From contig NW_024704743.1 of NCBI RefSeq assembly GCF_018977255.1, positions 97,900,001 to 97,964,000 on the forward strand: a stretch of DNA of 64,000 nt, read 5' to 3'. Below, one piece after another: positions 50,361 through 64,000 of the stretch. The notes beneath the pieces are model-generated. The model was not told the origin of the DNA. It made no database searches and saw only the letters and a program-made list of their open reading frames with translations. The number at the start of each line of letters is the position of its first letter. Within the stretch, counting starts at the first letter, position 1. The stretch is from Callorhinchus milii. Lineage: Eukaryota. Made by a program: the position numbers and the translations under genes.

Positions 50361-51712
50361 TTTTAGACTTTGATTAGAGCCAAAGAGTAGGGCAACCAGT
50401 TTCTTCCCCCCATTTCAAGCTAATGATGAACTACCACTGGTCTGTCATCAAATGGGAAGTGAATTACCTTTGAAAGAATACAAAATAATGGTAATAATCC
50501 TTGCTTTTCATATAGCGCCTTTCACATCGGACTGCAATTGACTGCATCAATTTTTTTCAAATGTTTTCCAAACGCCGAAAAAACTGCATTGCATAGAAAA
50601 AAATGATGTTTAAAATATTTAATTTGCTTCATCCAGGAGGGAAGCAATATCTATTCGGATATGATATTTCAAAGCAAAGATTATTATTAGATTATTATTT
50701 CTATTTTCTCTGATGCTGTAGTCTATTATGTAACTTGTGTAAATCATGTGTAAACATATGTGCAAAAAACGAATCTCAAGTGCCCTTAACTATGTAATTA
50801 ACAACCAATGAAATGGAATTCAGGATACCTGTAATTCGCTCCATTCCTCCACATTGAAGTGTTTACATAGCTTGCACAATACAAACGCAGTTAGACACGG
50901 TTCACACAACTTGCATAATAGACTCATTGTTGTTAAGATGCTTGAGGTTCAACTTATATGTTTGCATCTGATCCCTGGCTTTGTAAGTATGACATGCATT
51001 CCTTCTTTCCAATATCATGCTAGGGGGCTTTCTCCATACTATTTGGCAGGTGAGGAGATTTGCATGCTGCTTCAGCTACAGTGTCAAAAATGTTTATGGT
51101 TTAAGAGTTCTGAGAAGTAAAGGAAGTCAAGAAAAAATCAAATTCTTATCGCACATATTGAATGAATTGTGCTTTACTGGAGAATCTTCTGCACAGCTGA
51201 TGGACAGGATAGTCTATGTAAAATGAATAATCTATGATGTTGACTGACCTGGTTAACATTGTATCTTTTTCTGGCACAATGGATTGTGTGGAGGAAACTA
51301 TGACAAGATGTGGTCAACGCTTGGTAGTTGCCTTGGGATAAGATCTTGAAAAAATTCAAATTGATCTCACTTAAACATTATGGAGAAATATTAACAGGCA
51401 TCAATTCAGCACATTATACGTCTGTAGTCTAGACACAATGAAGCAGTTGGAAAACTGAACCATACTGGAGCACAGTTAAAAAATAGTTGTACAATATCTG
51501 GAAATTAGAACAGAGTGCAGGCCAAACAAAATACTCAACATATACCGAAAGGCTGCTAAATCTAACAGCAGTGTGTCAAACCAAAGTGAAAACAGAGTTG
51601 TGCCTCGCTCCGTTTCCAACTCTGTCATTGTGCAACGCTCTGAGACGCTACCATGCGTGGCGGGTGCTATATAGATGCAAGTTCTTGTTGTTGGGGTTCA
51701 AACCACTGTTAT

Positions 51713-51813
51713 GTTTTGACAAAAGGTGTGGACCCGAAACGTTGACTCACTTTCCTTTCTCCATAGATGCTGCCTGACCTGTTGAGAGTTCTTAGTGACT
51801 TCTGTTTTTGTTT
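51713..51813 (+). mobile_element. About 100-bp Penelope-derived mini-element, second copy
   Basis: Collinear with 3107-3208; gacccgaaacgttgac retained; 9-bp TSD CACTGTTAT (51704-51712 and 51814-51822). Confidence 0.8.
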
Positions 51814-52621
51814 CACTGTTATTTTGTTCTGTCATTTCTGTCATATTAAACTGCTTTAAGACCAAAGGATTTATGGTGGATACATGACTCACACCTTTTA
51901 ACTATGATATACCCACAACTCCTTTATCAGAATCTGCACAAATCCGGTGGCATTGTGTGCTTTCTGTATGCAAAAATCTGGCATTTCTGCAGTGCCGTAC
52001 TGCTGGGTAACTTTAGCAATACCCACAATAGGAACAGACGAGCCACAATACTTCTTGAGAGGCCTATTCACCCACTGCCCACTGGCACCAACATAGTAAA
52101 ACACTGCCTGCAGCGTGTAAAGTCTCCATCTGGGAGAAGGTTGATCATTTGAATAGGAGTGAAATTAACACGAGCAGCTGTCACATGGGATTTAAATCCT
52201 ATGGCTCCACAGCCTGGAACCAAGGTACGTAGCTCTGTTAAAGACATTGAGTTATCGTTATAAAATACAGGGATTTTTTTTAGTGATCGCAGTGTCGTGA
52301 GCTATTGGGAATGACAACAACAACATCAACAACAACAAATTGCATTTATATTGCACCTTTCAGTCTGTATTCAGTTGCCTTGTCTCAGCCGGAGCTAAAC
52401 TGTCCCCGGGGTTTGTGTGTGTGTGTGTGTTAGGCTGATGGGTAACAGTCAGACTCAGCTGTGATGCCCTCTACAGTGGGCTGCCAACATTCACTGCCAT
52501 TGTTCACACATAAACCATAAACAAAGCTCATTTGGGTGGGTAGCAAAATAGCAAAATAATTGGACACAATGTATTTTTTCAAAAATCCTAAAAATTAACC
52601 AGTGGAAAACTGCACCAATTA

Positions 52622-52800
52622 TAGGGGTAAAATTCCACCTGGATCTATTAACATCACATTGCAGAACATCCAAAATTTGGCAGATTCTTAAATATAGCCT
52701 TAATTTTGATGCTACTTTTCTGTAAGTTATTTTAAATATTATAGAAAACTGGCTTTAAAATTACAACTAAATTCAACAATTTGCCAAATTCTTGAAGCTC
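52622..52800. mobile_element. Palindromic MITE-like repeat (GGGGTAAAATT end)
   Basis: Internal dyad atttggcagatt...aatttgccaaat; related to 53425-53819, 29140-29240 and 62825-62970. Confidence 0.55.
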
Positions 52801-53424
52801 AATAAGGAGATATATAAAATGCAAGGACTATTATTATTATTAAGAGTATAAACGGTACATTTTTGCCAGAAATTCAAGACATAGAATGTGGAATATTCTT
52901 AAGATATAGCTTCTTTCATTGCTTTTTGTGTCTTTGAATTAGCTTATAGTGAGCTGTTGCTATAGGATCATCACATTTTAAACAACCCACACTAGACTAA
53001 CACATTTTCTGCTGTGCAAAGGTCAGGTTGTCTTTGTAACATGGTTCAATGAACAAGGTGCAATGGCTGAATGTAAGATCACAAAGTTGTTGCATTGATG
53101 GCATGAAGTACATTAAGTAGTAGTTGATGCAGTAGTAGTGAAGCTTAATGAACTGCTGAATGACGTACTTAACCTTATACCAACTGAAAGTTATGGTTGC
53201 TTTTGTAGACTAAATTGACAATAGAATTACAGCAGAATAGGGCACCTAAAAATGTTAACAGTACCCAAGGAAAACTCTGAATCTCTTTTTATTAAGAAGA
53301 ATATAAAGGGCACTCAGCGAAAGGTATGATGGGGAAGGGCACTGAATGCAATTGTGCTACAATCAGCCAGCGTGAAGTTTCTGAACAAATGATTCCAATA
53401 AAATAGTGGTGTAAAACGTCCACT

Positions 53425-53819
53425 GTGGGGTAAATTCCATCTGGGTCAATATTTACAACAACAACAACAAGATTACATTTGCATAACGCCTTTCATGTCG
53501 GGGGGACGTCTCTCCTCTATGAACGGAGCTTTTCAATTCGGGTGCTCAGCCAAAAGTGTTAAGCACTTTGAGACATCCTCCCATCATGAAATATAAATGT
53601 AAGTTGTTATTGTACATACAGAGTGTACAGGATTTTTCAATCTGTTAAATACGGTCTTTAATTTTGAAACTGCTTTTCTAATTGTTTCTTTTAAGAACTG
53701 CACAAAATGGATTTCAAAGTTGAAACTGAATTATTCAACGATTTGCCAAAATCCTGCCCACTTTGAAATATTACATTAATAAAGTAAATATTAGACGTGG
53801 ATGTAATTTCTACCCCACA
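53425..53819. mobile_element. MITE-like element with TIRs, interrupted by L2 tails
   Basis: gtggggtaaattccatc...gatgtaatttctaccccac termini. Confidence 0.6.
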
Positions 53820-54929
53820 TTATATGAGCAGTAAGTTGTATTAATTTTCCTTTTACGGATTCTGTTACCACTGCAGCAACAGCTGACATTGATATCTAGG
53901 AATAGCAGAAGCCATTCCTCGAGGCACAGAAGTTCTCCTCATAGACCTTAGGCAATCAAAGTCCACTCAGCATGTGGCTGCCCCTCTTAAAGATGTTTAT
54001 GCTTTGTGCTTGGAAGGGTTGGGGAAATTGTTTGGAGAGACCAATTTGGCTGAGATTTGACAGTTTTCATGAATTACTAGACCTGCATTGCACCAGCTGA
54101 TGCATTGAGTTCTCATTCAAAGGCACCAGTGCAACTTCAGCCAGTATAGTCTTGATGCTTCCAAGTGGCAGTGCATGGATGTTTGTGGGGCATCGCTGTG
54201 CACAAATGTGCTGCTGTATTTGCATACAAAATACACAGTTAGTTCATTTAACAGTAAATCCTGTGAAGACCTTTGAGTCGTCCTTTGGACATGATAGCGC
54301 TATACCAAATGCAAGAATTATTATTATTATTACTTGAAACAAATGCATTAATAATAATACATTGAAAGTAATTAAGCATTAATACTTGATTTTAACTCTG
54401 TGGTCAACCACTACAATTGTGGTTAGTTTCTTATGGTGTAAGATAACTTTTCTGTAACACGTTTTGCAGAAACATCTGTACATGGTATGGCAAATAGTAC
54501 ACCATCGTACATCATTTAGACGATAGTGAAAAGGCTTTTAAATATTCTGCAAATGGATAGCTGAGAGACAGCGAGTGAGTGTGTTGAGAGTGTGTAGATT
54601 TATAAATTCAGCATTGTTTTAAATATTAACTTGATAACACATCAAATTGTCTTTTGCTATCAGAAAACTGTCTCTGAGCGCCGATAAGATCTTTTAAATC
54701 ACCCCTAATTGTGTTAAATTACAACATTACCTTTAAAAATTCCATTCGTATCTGACTTAATTTCCATGAAAATCCAGGTTGATCATTTACAAGTGTTTGC
54801 TCAAGCATACATATTGATAGTTTAAAATAAGAACTGGATTTCTGATAATACTCTCAAATATATTCTGTCCGCCATCAAAACAAGCACAGTTCATAACTCC
54901 CTCAGCAATAACTTATATAAATCTATGTC

Positions 54930-55270
54930 TACCAACCTGCCCGCACCCTCCGCTCAGGGGGCTCCGGCCTGCTTCACGTCCCCCGCCTCACCCGCTCCAC
55001 CATTGGCGGGCAGACCTTCTGCCACTCTGCCCCCACCTTCTGGAACTCCATCCCACAGTTCCTCCGCCTCACCCCTTCCCTTGCCTTCTTCAAAACCCAT
55101 TTCAAGACCCTCCTCTTCGACCGTGCCTTCGGTCACCCTCCTTCCCTCCCAGCCCTCCACACTCCCCAATTCCTCACCCCCAGCTCAGGTCCAAAACATT
55201 GATTGTCCAACGCCTTGGGATGTCCTCCCGACATGAAAGTCGATATACAAATATAATTTTGCTGTTGTTG
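54930..55270 (+). mobile_element. L2 3' end
   Basis: ccattggcgggcagaccttctgccactctgcccccaccttctggaactccatcc, followed by the L2 tail. Confidence 0.9.
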
Positions 55271-56019
55271 GATGGGTCATTGTTTTTTAACCGATTCTCT
55301 CCATCAATGCACATCTCTCCCCTCCCCTCTCTGAGATTTTGACTCCTTATTGTTCATCCTCCAACATCGTGTTCAAGTGGCCTTTATTCATACTCGAGTC
55401 TTTACAGTGAGTGTTGCCAGTTTATTTGATCCTGGAGGTCATCACAGACCATTCCACACTTGAGCATTTCCAGAAGGGGATATTGGAGAGAGATCATAAT
55501 CAGGATTTCTCCTCTCATAGAGAAAAGTTTCTCTCTGTGTCCTGCCCAACAATCAATCCCACAGATAAAATTGCTCACTCACTTGCGGGATGTTGCTGTG
55601 CACAAATTGCCTCCCGCTTTCACGTACATAGTCACTACACTAAACTTTACAGTGAATCCTGTGAAATGGTTTGAGTCATCCTCCCATCATGAAAAGCTCT
55701 GTATCAAATTATTATTTATTATTCAAGGCCAATTGCAGCACTTCTACTGCTGGCATGTTTTTTTCTTTGGTATCTACATCATGGGTATCTATTACTGCCC
55801 TTAAACTCAAAGCTTTTATTTCTAGGATATTGGTCAGGTATAAAAGATAATCTTACTATTCTTAAATGTTAAATTCTGTTGAATTCAGCATTGTGTTGTA
55901 ATGGAAACAAAAAGTTATTCTGAAAGTGACAGTGGGTTCACAAGCAAAGCATCTGGAAGGATTCGTCCTTCACAAACACTATATTGTTTTAGATATATTT
56001 CAGCAACTCAGTTTGGCTG

Positions 56020-56292
56020 GCCCCAGCCTCCTGCTTGTCCCTCATCCCCTCCTCTCCATCATCGGTGGCCGTGCTTTCAGCCACTGCGCCCCGAAGCTTT
56101 GGAACTCTCTCCCTCAATCCCTCCGCCTTGCCCCCTCCTTCCTCATTTCCAGATTATGCCTGAAGACCTTTTTCTTCGACCGTGCTTACGGTCAGCTCCC
56201 CTTCCCCCTGGCTCGGCATCAGACCCCGCCACTGTTTTGCTCTGAGACGCTGCCTTGCGTGAAGAGCACGATACAAATGCAAGTCGTTCTTC
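56020..56292 (+). mobile_element. L2 (second subfamily) 3' end
   Basis: ORF track: IIGGRAFSHCAPKLWNSLPQSLR...LKTFFFDRAY. Confidence 0.9.
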
Positions 56293-56319
56293 TTCATTGT
56301 GTAGTAAACCCATATGGCA

Positions 56320-56640
56320 AATGATAGAATATGAGCTGCAGAGTTCTCAATGAGTTGGAGTTTGTGGAGGGTGGATATAAAAAGGCCAGTGAGCATTGGA
56401 GAGGTTGAACCGCAGTGTGGTGAAGGCATGGATGAGGGTTAAAGGTATTGAGGGCATAAGATAGGGAGGCAAATAGGAAATGCTCGTGGTAGAAAGGCGT
56501 TTTGATCAAGGTCCAGATGAAGCAGAACTGGGAGGAGGTGGGGAAGAGGTCAAGTGGAACACCAAGGATATACACTGGCTCAGATAGCTGGAATAAGCAA
56601 GCAGTGAGATGGACGGAGCTGGAGTCAGAGACAGGAGGCA
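56320..56640 (-). mobile_element. Decayed L2 ORF2 fragment
   Basis: ORF track: STLHKLQLIENSAAHILS. Confidence 0.8.
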
Positions 56641-58833
56641 TTAACCAGAGCTTAATAACATGGCTTCAGTTTTGGCGGCTTTGAATATTCAGTTTCAAAC
56701 ACAATTCCAGAATTATTCAATCAAATAAATTCTGCTTACCCCATTTGTCAAACTCCAATTGTATATGATATTAAAGTTTCATTGAGCTTACAAGACATAT
56801 TGGCAGTACCGTTAACCTTCATTTGTATGGTTTCATATTAATTGCCATGTGCCAGTAATGATGAACATTTGTCAAATGAAATGTTGGCTACTTTACCAAA
56901 ATAAGTAAATTGACCTAAATCTGTCAGCAAATTAAACCAACGGTGACTCATAGGCACAAAGTTTTTACAGTGTTAGAAAATTCGCTGTGACTGAATCCAC
57001 CCCCTATTGACTGGCTGAATGGCATTGTTATCTACTGGCCGAAGTTGCCGAGTATTGTATTGTGTCCACCTCAGTAAATAGAACTCAACACTAAGAATGT
57101 TATAACCCTTCTTTTACATGCTGACCCCCAATTACCCTGTGGCCTGAAAGAACACATTGTCTTAAAATTTCAGACCGCACAGAATTAGGGAGAAATCTTA
57201 AATTGGAAGTCAGTTCTGGAGTGCTTTAAAAAACAATACTGGTGGTGGAGTCATGACACAATATAAAAGTAGCAATTTGCACAATCAGACTTTAGTTGCC
57301 ATTAGTCACTTTTACTACCCCAAAGAGGTTTTATGAATTATAGTAAGTGCTAATACATTTATAGTGGATCGCTGACAGACACTAATGTGCAAATTGACTC
57401 AGCACTGTCTGTCAGTGATCCATCAAACAGATACCAGAAAAGCAACATTTCTTGTCATACGTTTTGCTCAACGTTAAAATATACATATTCTTAGGAACAT
57501 CACCAATGAGAGTGAACATCTGAACCATAATAATAATAATCCTTAAATTTGATATAGCTCCTTTCAAGTTAGGAGGAATCTCAAAGCACTTCATTGGATA
57601 TGCTGTATAGTGGAGTGACGGTGTTTTGTGGGCGAAGAGTATCCAAACTGACTTGGATGAATTGCACAAGTTTGCGGGAAAATAATCAACAGCTTGAAAC
57701 GCCTTATAGATATTTGGATGTGGAAGGGGCTGAAGAAAAGATTTCCAATCATCCAAAATCATCCTAAACAACCCTCACCAGAGGAACTTCAGCCTTCACA
57801 TTTCTATCTGTCATATTATTTTTAAAAATTGCTGAAAGTTTATAGAGGTGACGAATATTTACAGCTATCTACAGTTTTGGCCCGTACAGATTGCTCACAG
57901 CACAGCCCCACCTACTGGACAGAAGCAGTGAAGCATGAGAAATTAACTTGGTTCTGACATAGGACCTCAGGGTCCAGAACCATGCCCGTGTTTATGCTCC
58001 ATATAGCCTTCCTCCCACCCTGATCACTCCTCCCTAGCATTACCCCATACCCCTTGATTCCTTTCTCTCAAGTTGGTCATTCACTTCATGGCTGTTTTGC
58101 TCTATGCAAATTAGCTGCCACATTTGGCTACAAAATGCACAGTCACTACACTTTGCAATGTATTCTGTAAAGGGCTTTGAGACTTCCTCCTGACCTAAAG
58201 GCGCTATATGTAAGGATTATTATTATAACAAGTTTCCTCTTAAATAAGTAAAGGTCTGAATCTCTATTGTGTTCCAATGAAATCCACGCATATTATTGAA
58301 GAATAAAAAGCTAATCATTTCTGATTTTCAGAAATTCGAATGTGATCTTCATTCCACTAAAACATAACTTTTAGTTTATAAATGAAACACCTGAAGAGAG
58401 CAGGAATGATGTTTCTTACAGACCTCAATAAAAAATTGAATAAAAAAATGAGAATTGTCTCAACTTCCAAAATCTATTTTGACTCCTTACTTACCTTCTC
58501 CCTAAATTCCTTCTCTCCCCATGAACACATCTGATTCCTTTTTTACATAATTTATTCTGTACCCTTCAGTGAAGTTCTGTGGTATCCCATTACTCCACTG
58601 TATTACCTTTTGCTTTATGTATGACCTCCTGTCTTACTCCTAACTGTTTGGTCCATCTTATTACTTCCTATTTCAGATTGCTCTCTTCATTCTTCCTCCC
58701 AATGCTGAAGCTGTTATTCAGTGTGTGAGAGTAAGTTCCACTAGTAACATTCACCCACAAATACAGTCACTACACTGTACAGTAAACTTGTGAAGCGCTG
58801 TTTTAATGTTTCAACGATTGATAAGGCGCTATA

Positions 58834-59160
58834 TGGAGTCGTGGAGTGGAGTCCTGTAGCTCAGTGATTAGAGCATTCGCCTTGCAAACGAGACACCTGG
58901 GTTCAATTCCAGGCAGGGCGAAACCTTGGGCAAGTTTCCTTACTCCACACGCCTAATAATAATCCCTCCAAAACAAAAACAATAATAAATTGGTCATTTT
59001 CAATCCACGACTGCTTGTGGACACTGCTGTGCGCAATTGGCTGCCGCGTTTCTCCCACAAAATATACAGTCAATTCACTTCACAGTATATTCTGTGAAGT
59101 TCTTTGAGACGTCTAGAAGACGTGAAAAGCGCTATATCAAATGCAAGGATTATTATTATT
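58834..59160 (+). mobile_element. Young SINE family A inserted into the tail of an older SINE (from about 58750)
   Basis: Follows gataaggcgctatat; stuttered 5' end tggagtc-gtggagt-ggagtcc. Confidence 0.93.
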
Positions 59161-59529
59161 ATATTATACCAAATTATTATATTACCCTCTTTTTTGGCGA
59201 GTAAGAGGCTCACACTTTCCTAAAAGAAGAGAACATCCAAATTTGGAGGTTTTGGCCAATTGAGAGCGATGGTACATACAGGTGTCCAGAGTATATTCCT
59301 TGCAGCTGTTGGTATTAGCCACCCTCTGAAGATAACTTATTGTTCTAGCATGTGCCCTGAAAGTGGTGTGTTGAATAAAGCATTAATTTACGCATATGAC
59401 ATATGATGACAGGGACCCAGGTCTCAATCACAATTTGCATTTATATAGCACCTTTCAAGAAAAACAAATTTCTCAAAGCAACAACAAGAACAAGAACAAC
59501 TTACATTTAGATAGCGCCCTTCATGCAGG

Positions 59530-61737
59530 GTAGCGTCATCACTTCTCTCCTTAAAAACCCTCCCTGGACCCATTCCTGCTCTCAAACTACAACCCCATCT
59601 CCAACTCCCTTTCCTCTCCAAGCTCCTGGAATGAATCATTGCTTCCCAGCTTCGCTCCTTCTTCTCCCGCCACTTCCTTCACAATTCCCTGCAATCAGGT
59701 TTCCGTGCCGCCTACTGCACTGAAACAGCTCTGGTCAAAGTGACAAATGACATTCTGTCCATCTGCGACCAGGGCTCCCTCTGCCTCCTTGTCTTCCTTG
59801 ACCTCTCTGCTGCTTCAACACAGTTGACCACTCTATCCTCATCCACCGCCTCTCCTCTCACCTCAACCTCCACAGTTCTGTCCTTGAATGGTTCAGATCG
59901 TACCTCTCACATCGCTTCCATTTCATCTCCACAAACGGTTTCTTCTCTAGTCCCTGCACCGTCTCATGCGGCGTTCCTCAGGGTTCTGTCCTTGGTCCCT
60001 TCCTCTTCAACATCTATATGCTCCCTCTTGGTAACATCATCCGCAGACATGCGGTCAACTTGCACATGTATGCGGATGACACCCAACTTTACCTCTTTGC
60101 CTCCACCCTTGACTCCAGGACCACTGCTGTGCTGACAGAATGTCTGTTGGACATCAAGTCCTGGATGAGAGCTAACTTTCTTCAGTAAACAAGACTGAAA
60201 CACTCGTGATTGGCTCCCATCAGTGCCTCATCACCTCAGGGCTGACAGCATCACTATCCATGGTTGCACACTCCACCTTGCTAAGCTAGTCCGGAACCTT
60301 GGCGTCTTGTTCGACTCTCATCTATCCTTTCTACCCCACATCCATGCCATGACCTGCTCTGCCTTCCCCCACCTCCGTAACATCGCCCGGCTCCGCTATT
60401 GTTTCACACCCCAGGTTGCCGGAACCCTCATACATGTTTTCATTATATCGAGGCTTGACTATGCAAACTCCTTGCTTGTCAGCTTTCCCATCACCCCCCT
60501 CAGAGGCTGCAGATCATTCAGAACTCTACAGCCCGTGTCCTCTCCCACACCAGGCTCCATTACCCTATCACCCCTATCCTCGCCCGACTCCACTGGCTTC
60601 CCATCACACAGAGGATACAGTTCAAGATCCTCGTCCTCACCTTCAAAGTTCTCCAAGGTCTTGCTCCCCCCTACCTCTGCGATTTCCTAACTCCCTGCTC
60701 GCTCCCTCCACTCTGCGGGCTCTGGCCTGCTTCAGGTCCTCTGCCTCGCCCGCCCCACCATTGACGGCACTCTGCCCCTAACCTCTGGAAGTCCATCTCG
60801 CAATCCCTCTGCCTCGGCCCCTCCCTTGCCTCCTTCAAGACCCATCTCTAGACCCTCCTCTTCAACTGTTTTTTCAATCACCCTGCTTCCCCCCCACCCT
60901 CCACCCTCCCCAATCCCGATGTTGAAATATATTAACTATCACCTCAGTGGTATATTGGTATATTTCATACAACAACCAAATGTTCCAGATGTTTGATAGT
61001 TACATGGTTAAAAGTGGCTTTGTTGGATGGGTTGAGATCAGCTTCTGATTACATTTCATATTTTCCTGGGAAGATGTTCAATCCTCTGAGATAATGAGCA
61101 ATCGGGTCCTTGAGAGTAGATGTAAGAACAAAGGACCACAAAAAGGAAAGGCTACAGACACCTGCCTATCTCAAGGCTGAGAAACAAGCAGGCTGTGGAA
61201 GGCTGTTCAGAAGTTGTCCATATGTCTCTCTCTCTGCTGTATGAAATATACTAATGTATCCTGAGGTGATAGCAGCAAAGCAGCTGTGAAGGGTAAGGGC
61301 TATCTCTGTGACAAAGGGAGGTGGAGTTAGAAACACCTAAAAGATGTAACTTTGAAATAGTTGGAGTTGTATAGAGGGTCAGCACATTTCGCAGTGGAGT
61401 CGATATTGATTGTACTGTATCTATGTTTATGTACAAGGGTAAGGAAATTTACCTCCATAAGAAAGTGACCATGTTTCTCTATGATTTGTATATCTGTTGT
61501 GTCTTGTGTATTATTGTTTCATTTATTTGTGTATTACCTGCTGTTTTGACATGAATAAAGTGACTTAACTCAACCAATTGGTAAACTGGAATCGGATCAT
61601 TCTAAAATTGTTGGAGATAGTTGCAAATGTTTCTAACACCGACCCCCAGCTCGGATCCAAAACACTGACTGTCCAGAGCCTTGGGACATCCTCCCGATGT
61701 GAAAGGTGCTATACAAATGTAATTTGGTTGTTGTTAT
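59530..61737 (+). mobile_element. L2 LINE (RT domain to 3' end), split by a solo LTR in its 3' UTR
   Basis: [20 protein letters not shown] and MYADDTQLY motifs (about 59970-60095), NLGVLFDS, SRLDYANSLL; frameshifted. The tail resumes at 61639. Confidence 0.95.
60920..61638 (+). mobile_element. Solo LTR, family 2 (719 bp)
   Basis: TGTTGAAA...TTCTAACA ends, 4-bp TSD CCGA, AATAAA at about 61554. Confidence 0.9.
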
Positions 61738-63462
61738 TTTTCTAGTTGATCTTCTTCATGCTGAGCAGACTGCTCCACACAATGCTCCTCCTCCACCTTT
61801 ACTCTCCATCAAATACACATATACACACAACAACAACTTGCACTTATATAGCGCCCTGCACGCAAGGTAACGTTTCACACACACCTGCTGTCCAGTAGTC
61901 ATTGTTCCTATTTACAAGATAAACATCTGAAATTTATATTGACTTTGTATATCTTTAAGAGCTTTGTTCGTCATGTCTCAATGGAAGAAATGCTTCACAA
62001 AGTAAGTCAGTTGGATCTAATTTGTATTTCCTAAATATAGAATTTCCTAAATAAGGAATCCTGTTAAGAAATATCACAAGTTAGACCTGCTTATTGAAGA
62101 TTATTCAAGGTTAATCATTCAAACGAAAGCCAACTCTTAACACAAAAAGAAAGAATGAAATTGATAAAAGGTCATTTGGAGATTCTTATTATGAAATCCA
62201 GCCAACAAACCTTCCTGCAGGGAATTTCTATACCGATGTTCTGTCATCGCAGAGGTGATCAAACAAAACTTCCAGAATACTCATCCATTTCCACATCTCC
62301 TCTATTTAACTCTGACACATAGCTGTGCCTGGGCCCAGCAGCATTCAACCCCTGTGTCCCCTGTAGAATTTGTTCATTTCAGTCTGCACCTCTTCCTGTA
62401 TCCCCAGGACTGTTCCATCACTGCAAAAGAGAATAATGTAATAAGGTTTGGTCTAGAGCATTCAGTATCGCTGCAGTGGTCACAGTTGAAAGCCTGTGCT
62501 GCCATGTAGCTCTGCTCAAATGAGGTTATCTTCATTTATTATTTAAAAGGTGTGTTAGGCGTTTTATAAAAATGCTCACCATGCTCTCATTTCACTTGCA
62601 GCTTGTACAAAATGGTAGAGTTTTTATTTGTAGATGAGGCAGCTGTAGTCTTCAAATGACGGATAGGATAAAGATACAGACAGAAATATCAGAAGGATGT
62701 CTGTTCCTATAAGAGTTTTGGCCAGAACACATGTGTAACAACAACAACAAATTACATTTGTAGAGCGCCTTTCACTTCGGGAGGATGTCCCAAGGCACTG
62801 GACAGTCAGGAATGTGTAAAGCATGAAATTTCACCTAGCCTTAGCCTGTAAGATCATTTGGTCTTCAAAATTAAGATAGTTCAGAATTGTAAAAAAATCT
62901 TAAATTCATTCTTAATTTGAAAGGTGAATCTTTTTAAGATCTGCAGCAAACTGGCTTTCAAATTAAAACTATGATTAAGACTTGTGCTGGGAAGTGGACA
63001 CCATTCCTATGTCACACATTCATTTTCAGTGTTAAGCACTCCCTGAACATTTCACCCACACTGGCAATCCACATCCTTGTCGGGTTTAGCAACTGCACAG
63101 TACTTAACTTATCAGAACCACTCTACCTGTTAAGCTTTGACTCATGGAGTTGTGGATATGTCTGTCAACATCTCCTAGCTTGCTTTGGAATTACTGCCAA
63201 TTCAATCCACGAGATGCCCCAATTGTCTGGAGGGTTTTTAGCTAACCTGTAACTAGTTCCCAGTTTCTTAACAATGTGTAGAATCTGGGCATTTCAATTC
63301 TCTTCTAGCAATGAAATTATTGGTACTTTACTTTTGATTGAATTCCTGATAACTTACTTCTGCTTATATCACAATGCTCCTTGTTACCAGTATGAGAATT
63401 GTTGGTCTGGTTTCTGATATTCTGTAAACATATTTGGATGGTTAACTATTTTGTAATCATAT

Positions 63463-63810
63463 TAAGAATCATTGCATTTGATGTAGCACCTTATCATGAC
63501 TTTGAAATGTCTCAAAATGCTTCACTGGAATTACTACAAAGTGCAGTGACTGTCTGTCTGTGGGCAAACACAGCTGCCAATTTGCACACAGCAATGTCTC
63601 ACAAACAACCATGAAGTGAATGCTCAATTTTATTTGGAGATTTGTTGGCCAGGACACCAGGAAACATTCTTTTCAAATAATGTCTGGGAGCCTTAAAGTC
63701 CACCTCAACAGATAGAGAGGACCTCAGTTTAACATCTCATCTGAAGAACAGCACCTGGATCAATGTAACGGAGCATTGCACTTGAGTGCCAGACTATGAG
63801 CTCAGAAGTC
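63463..63810 (-). mobile_element. Old SINE family B
   Basis: Reverse-complement tail and Deu block. Confidence 0.82.
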
Positions 63811-64000
63811 CTGATTAATCATTCTTAAGCAAGAATTCCTCACTTGCCAGCTCCATTATCTGGTTTGAAATGTTTTGCATGCTAACAGCATTTTGAATGG
63901 TACACTAGGCCTGGAAAATGTGATGTGACCAAAACCTAAGCTACCATCAGTGTTTCTTCTTAAAAGATATCCATCTGCCCATCAGCAATAACTCGAATTC

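Noticed and set aside
63995..64000. Window ends exactly at GAATTC (EcoRI site)
   Set aside because: Could be a clone end or chance; no biological meaning can be supported.

Overview
AT-rich, repeat-dense eukaryotic DNA. I could not support a single host protein-coding exon, so this is probably a large intron or gene desert. The repeats (tRNA-derived Deu-domain SINEs with L2-type tails, L2 and CR1 LINE fragments, Penelope-derived mini-elements) point to a cartilaginous fish, possibly a holocephalan; this is an inference from remembered consensus sequences, not a database result. Most recognisable ORF-track entries are repeat-derived and the rest look like chance ORFs. Most notable: (1) three solo LTRs with TG...CA ends and 4-bp TSDs, two of them from one family, facing each other 16.5 kb apart, with copy-number-variable 39-nt GC-rich hairpin repeats starting about 27 nt after the TATA box; (2) a family of about 100-bp, TSD-flanked Penelope-type mini-elements that start at a degenerate minimal hammerhead ribozyme core; (3) a young modular SINE sharing a stem-loop 3' tail with L2; (4) a decayed PIF/Harbinger transposase; (5) nested insertions and locally templated inverted duplications. 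Boundaries of old repeats are approximate.
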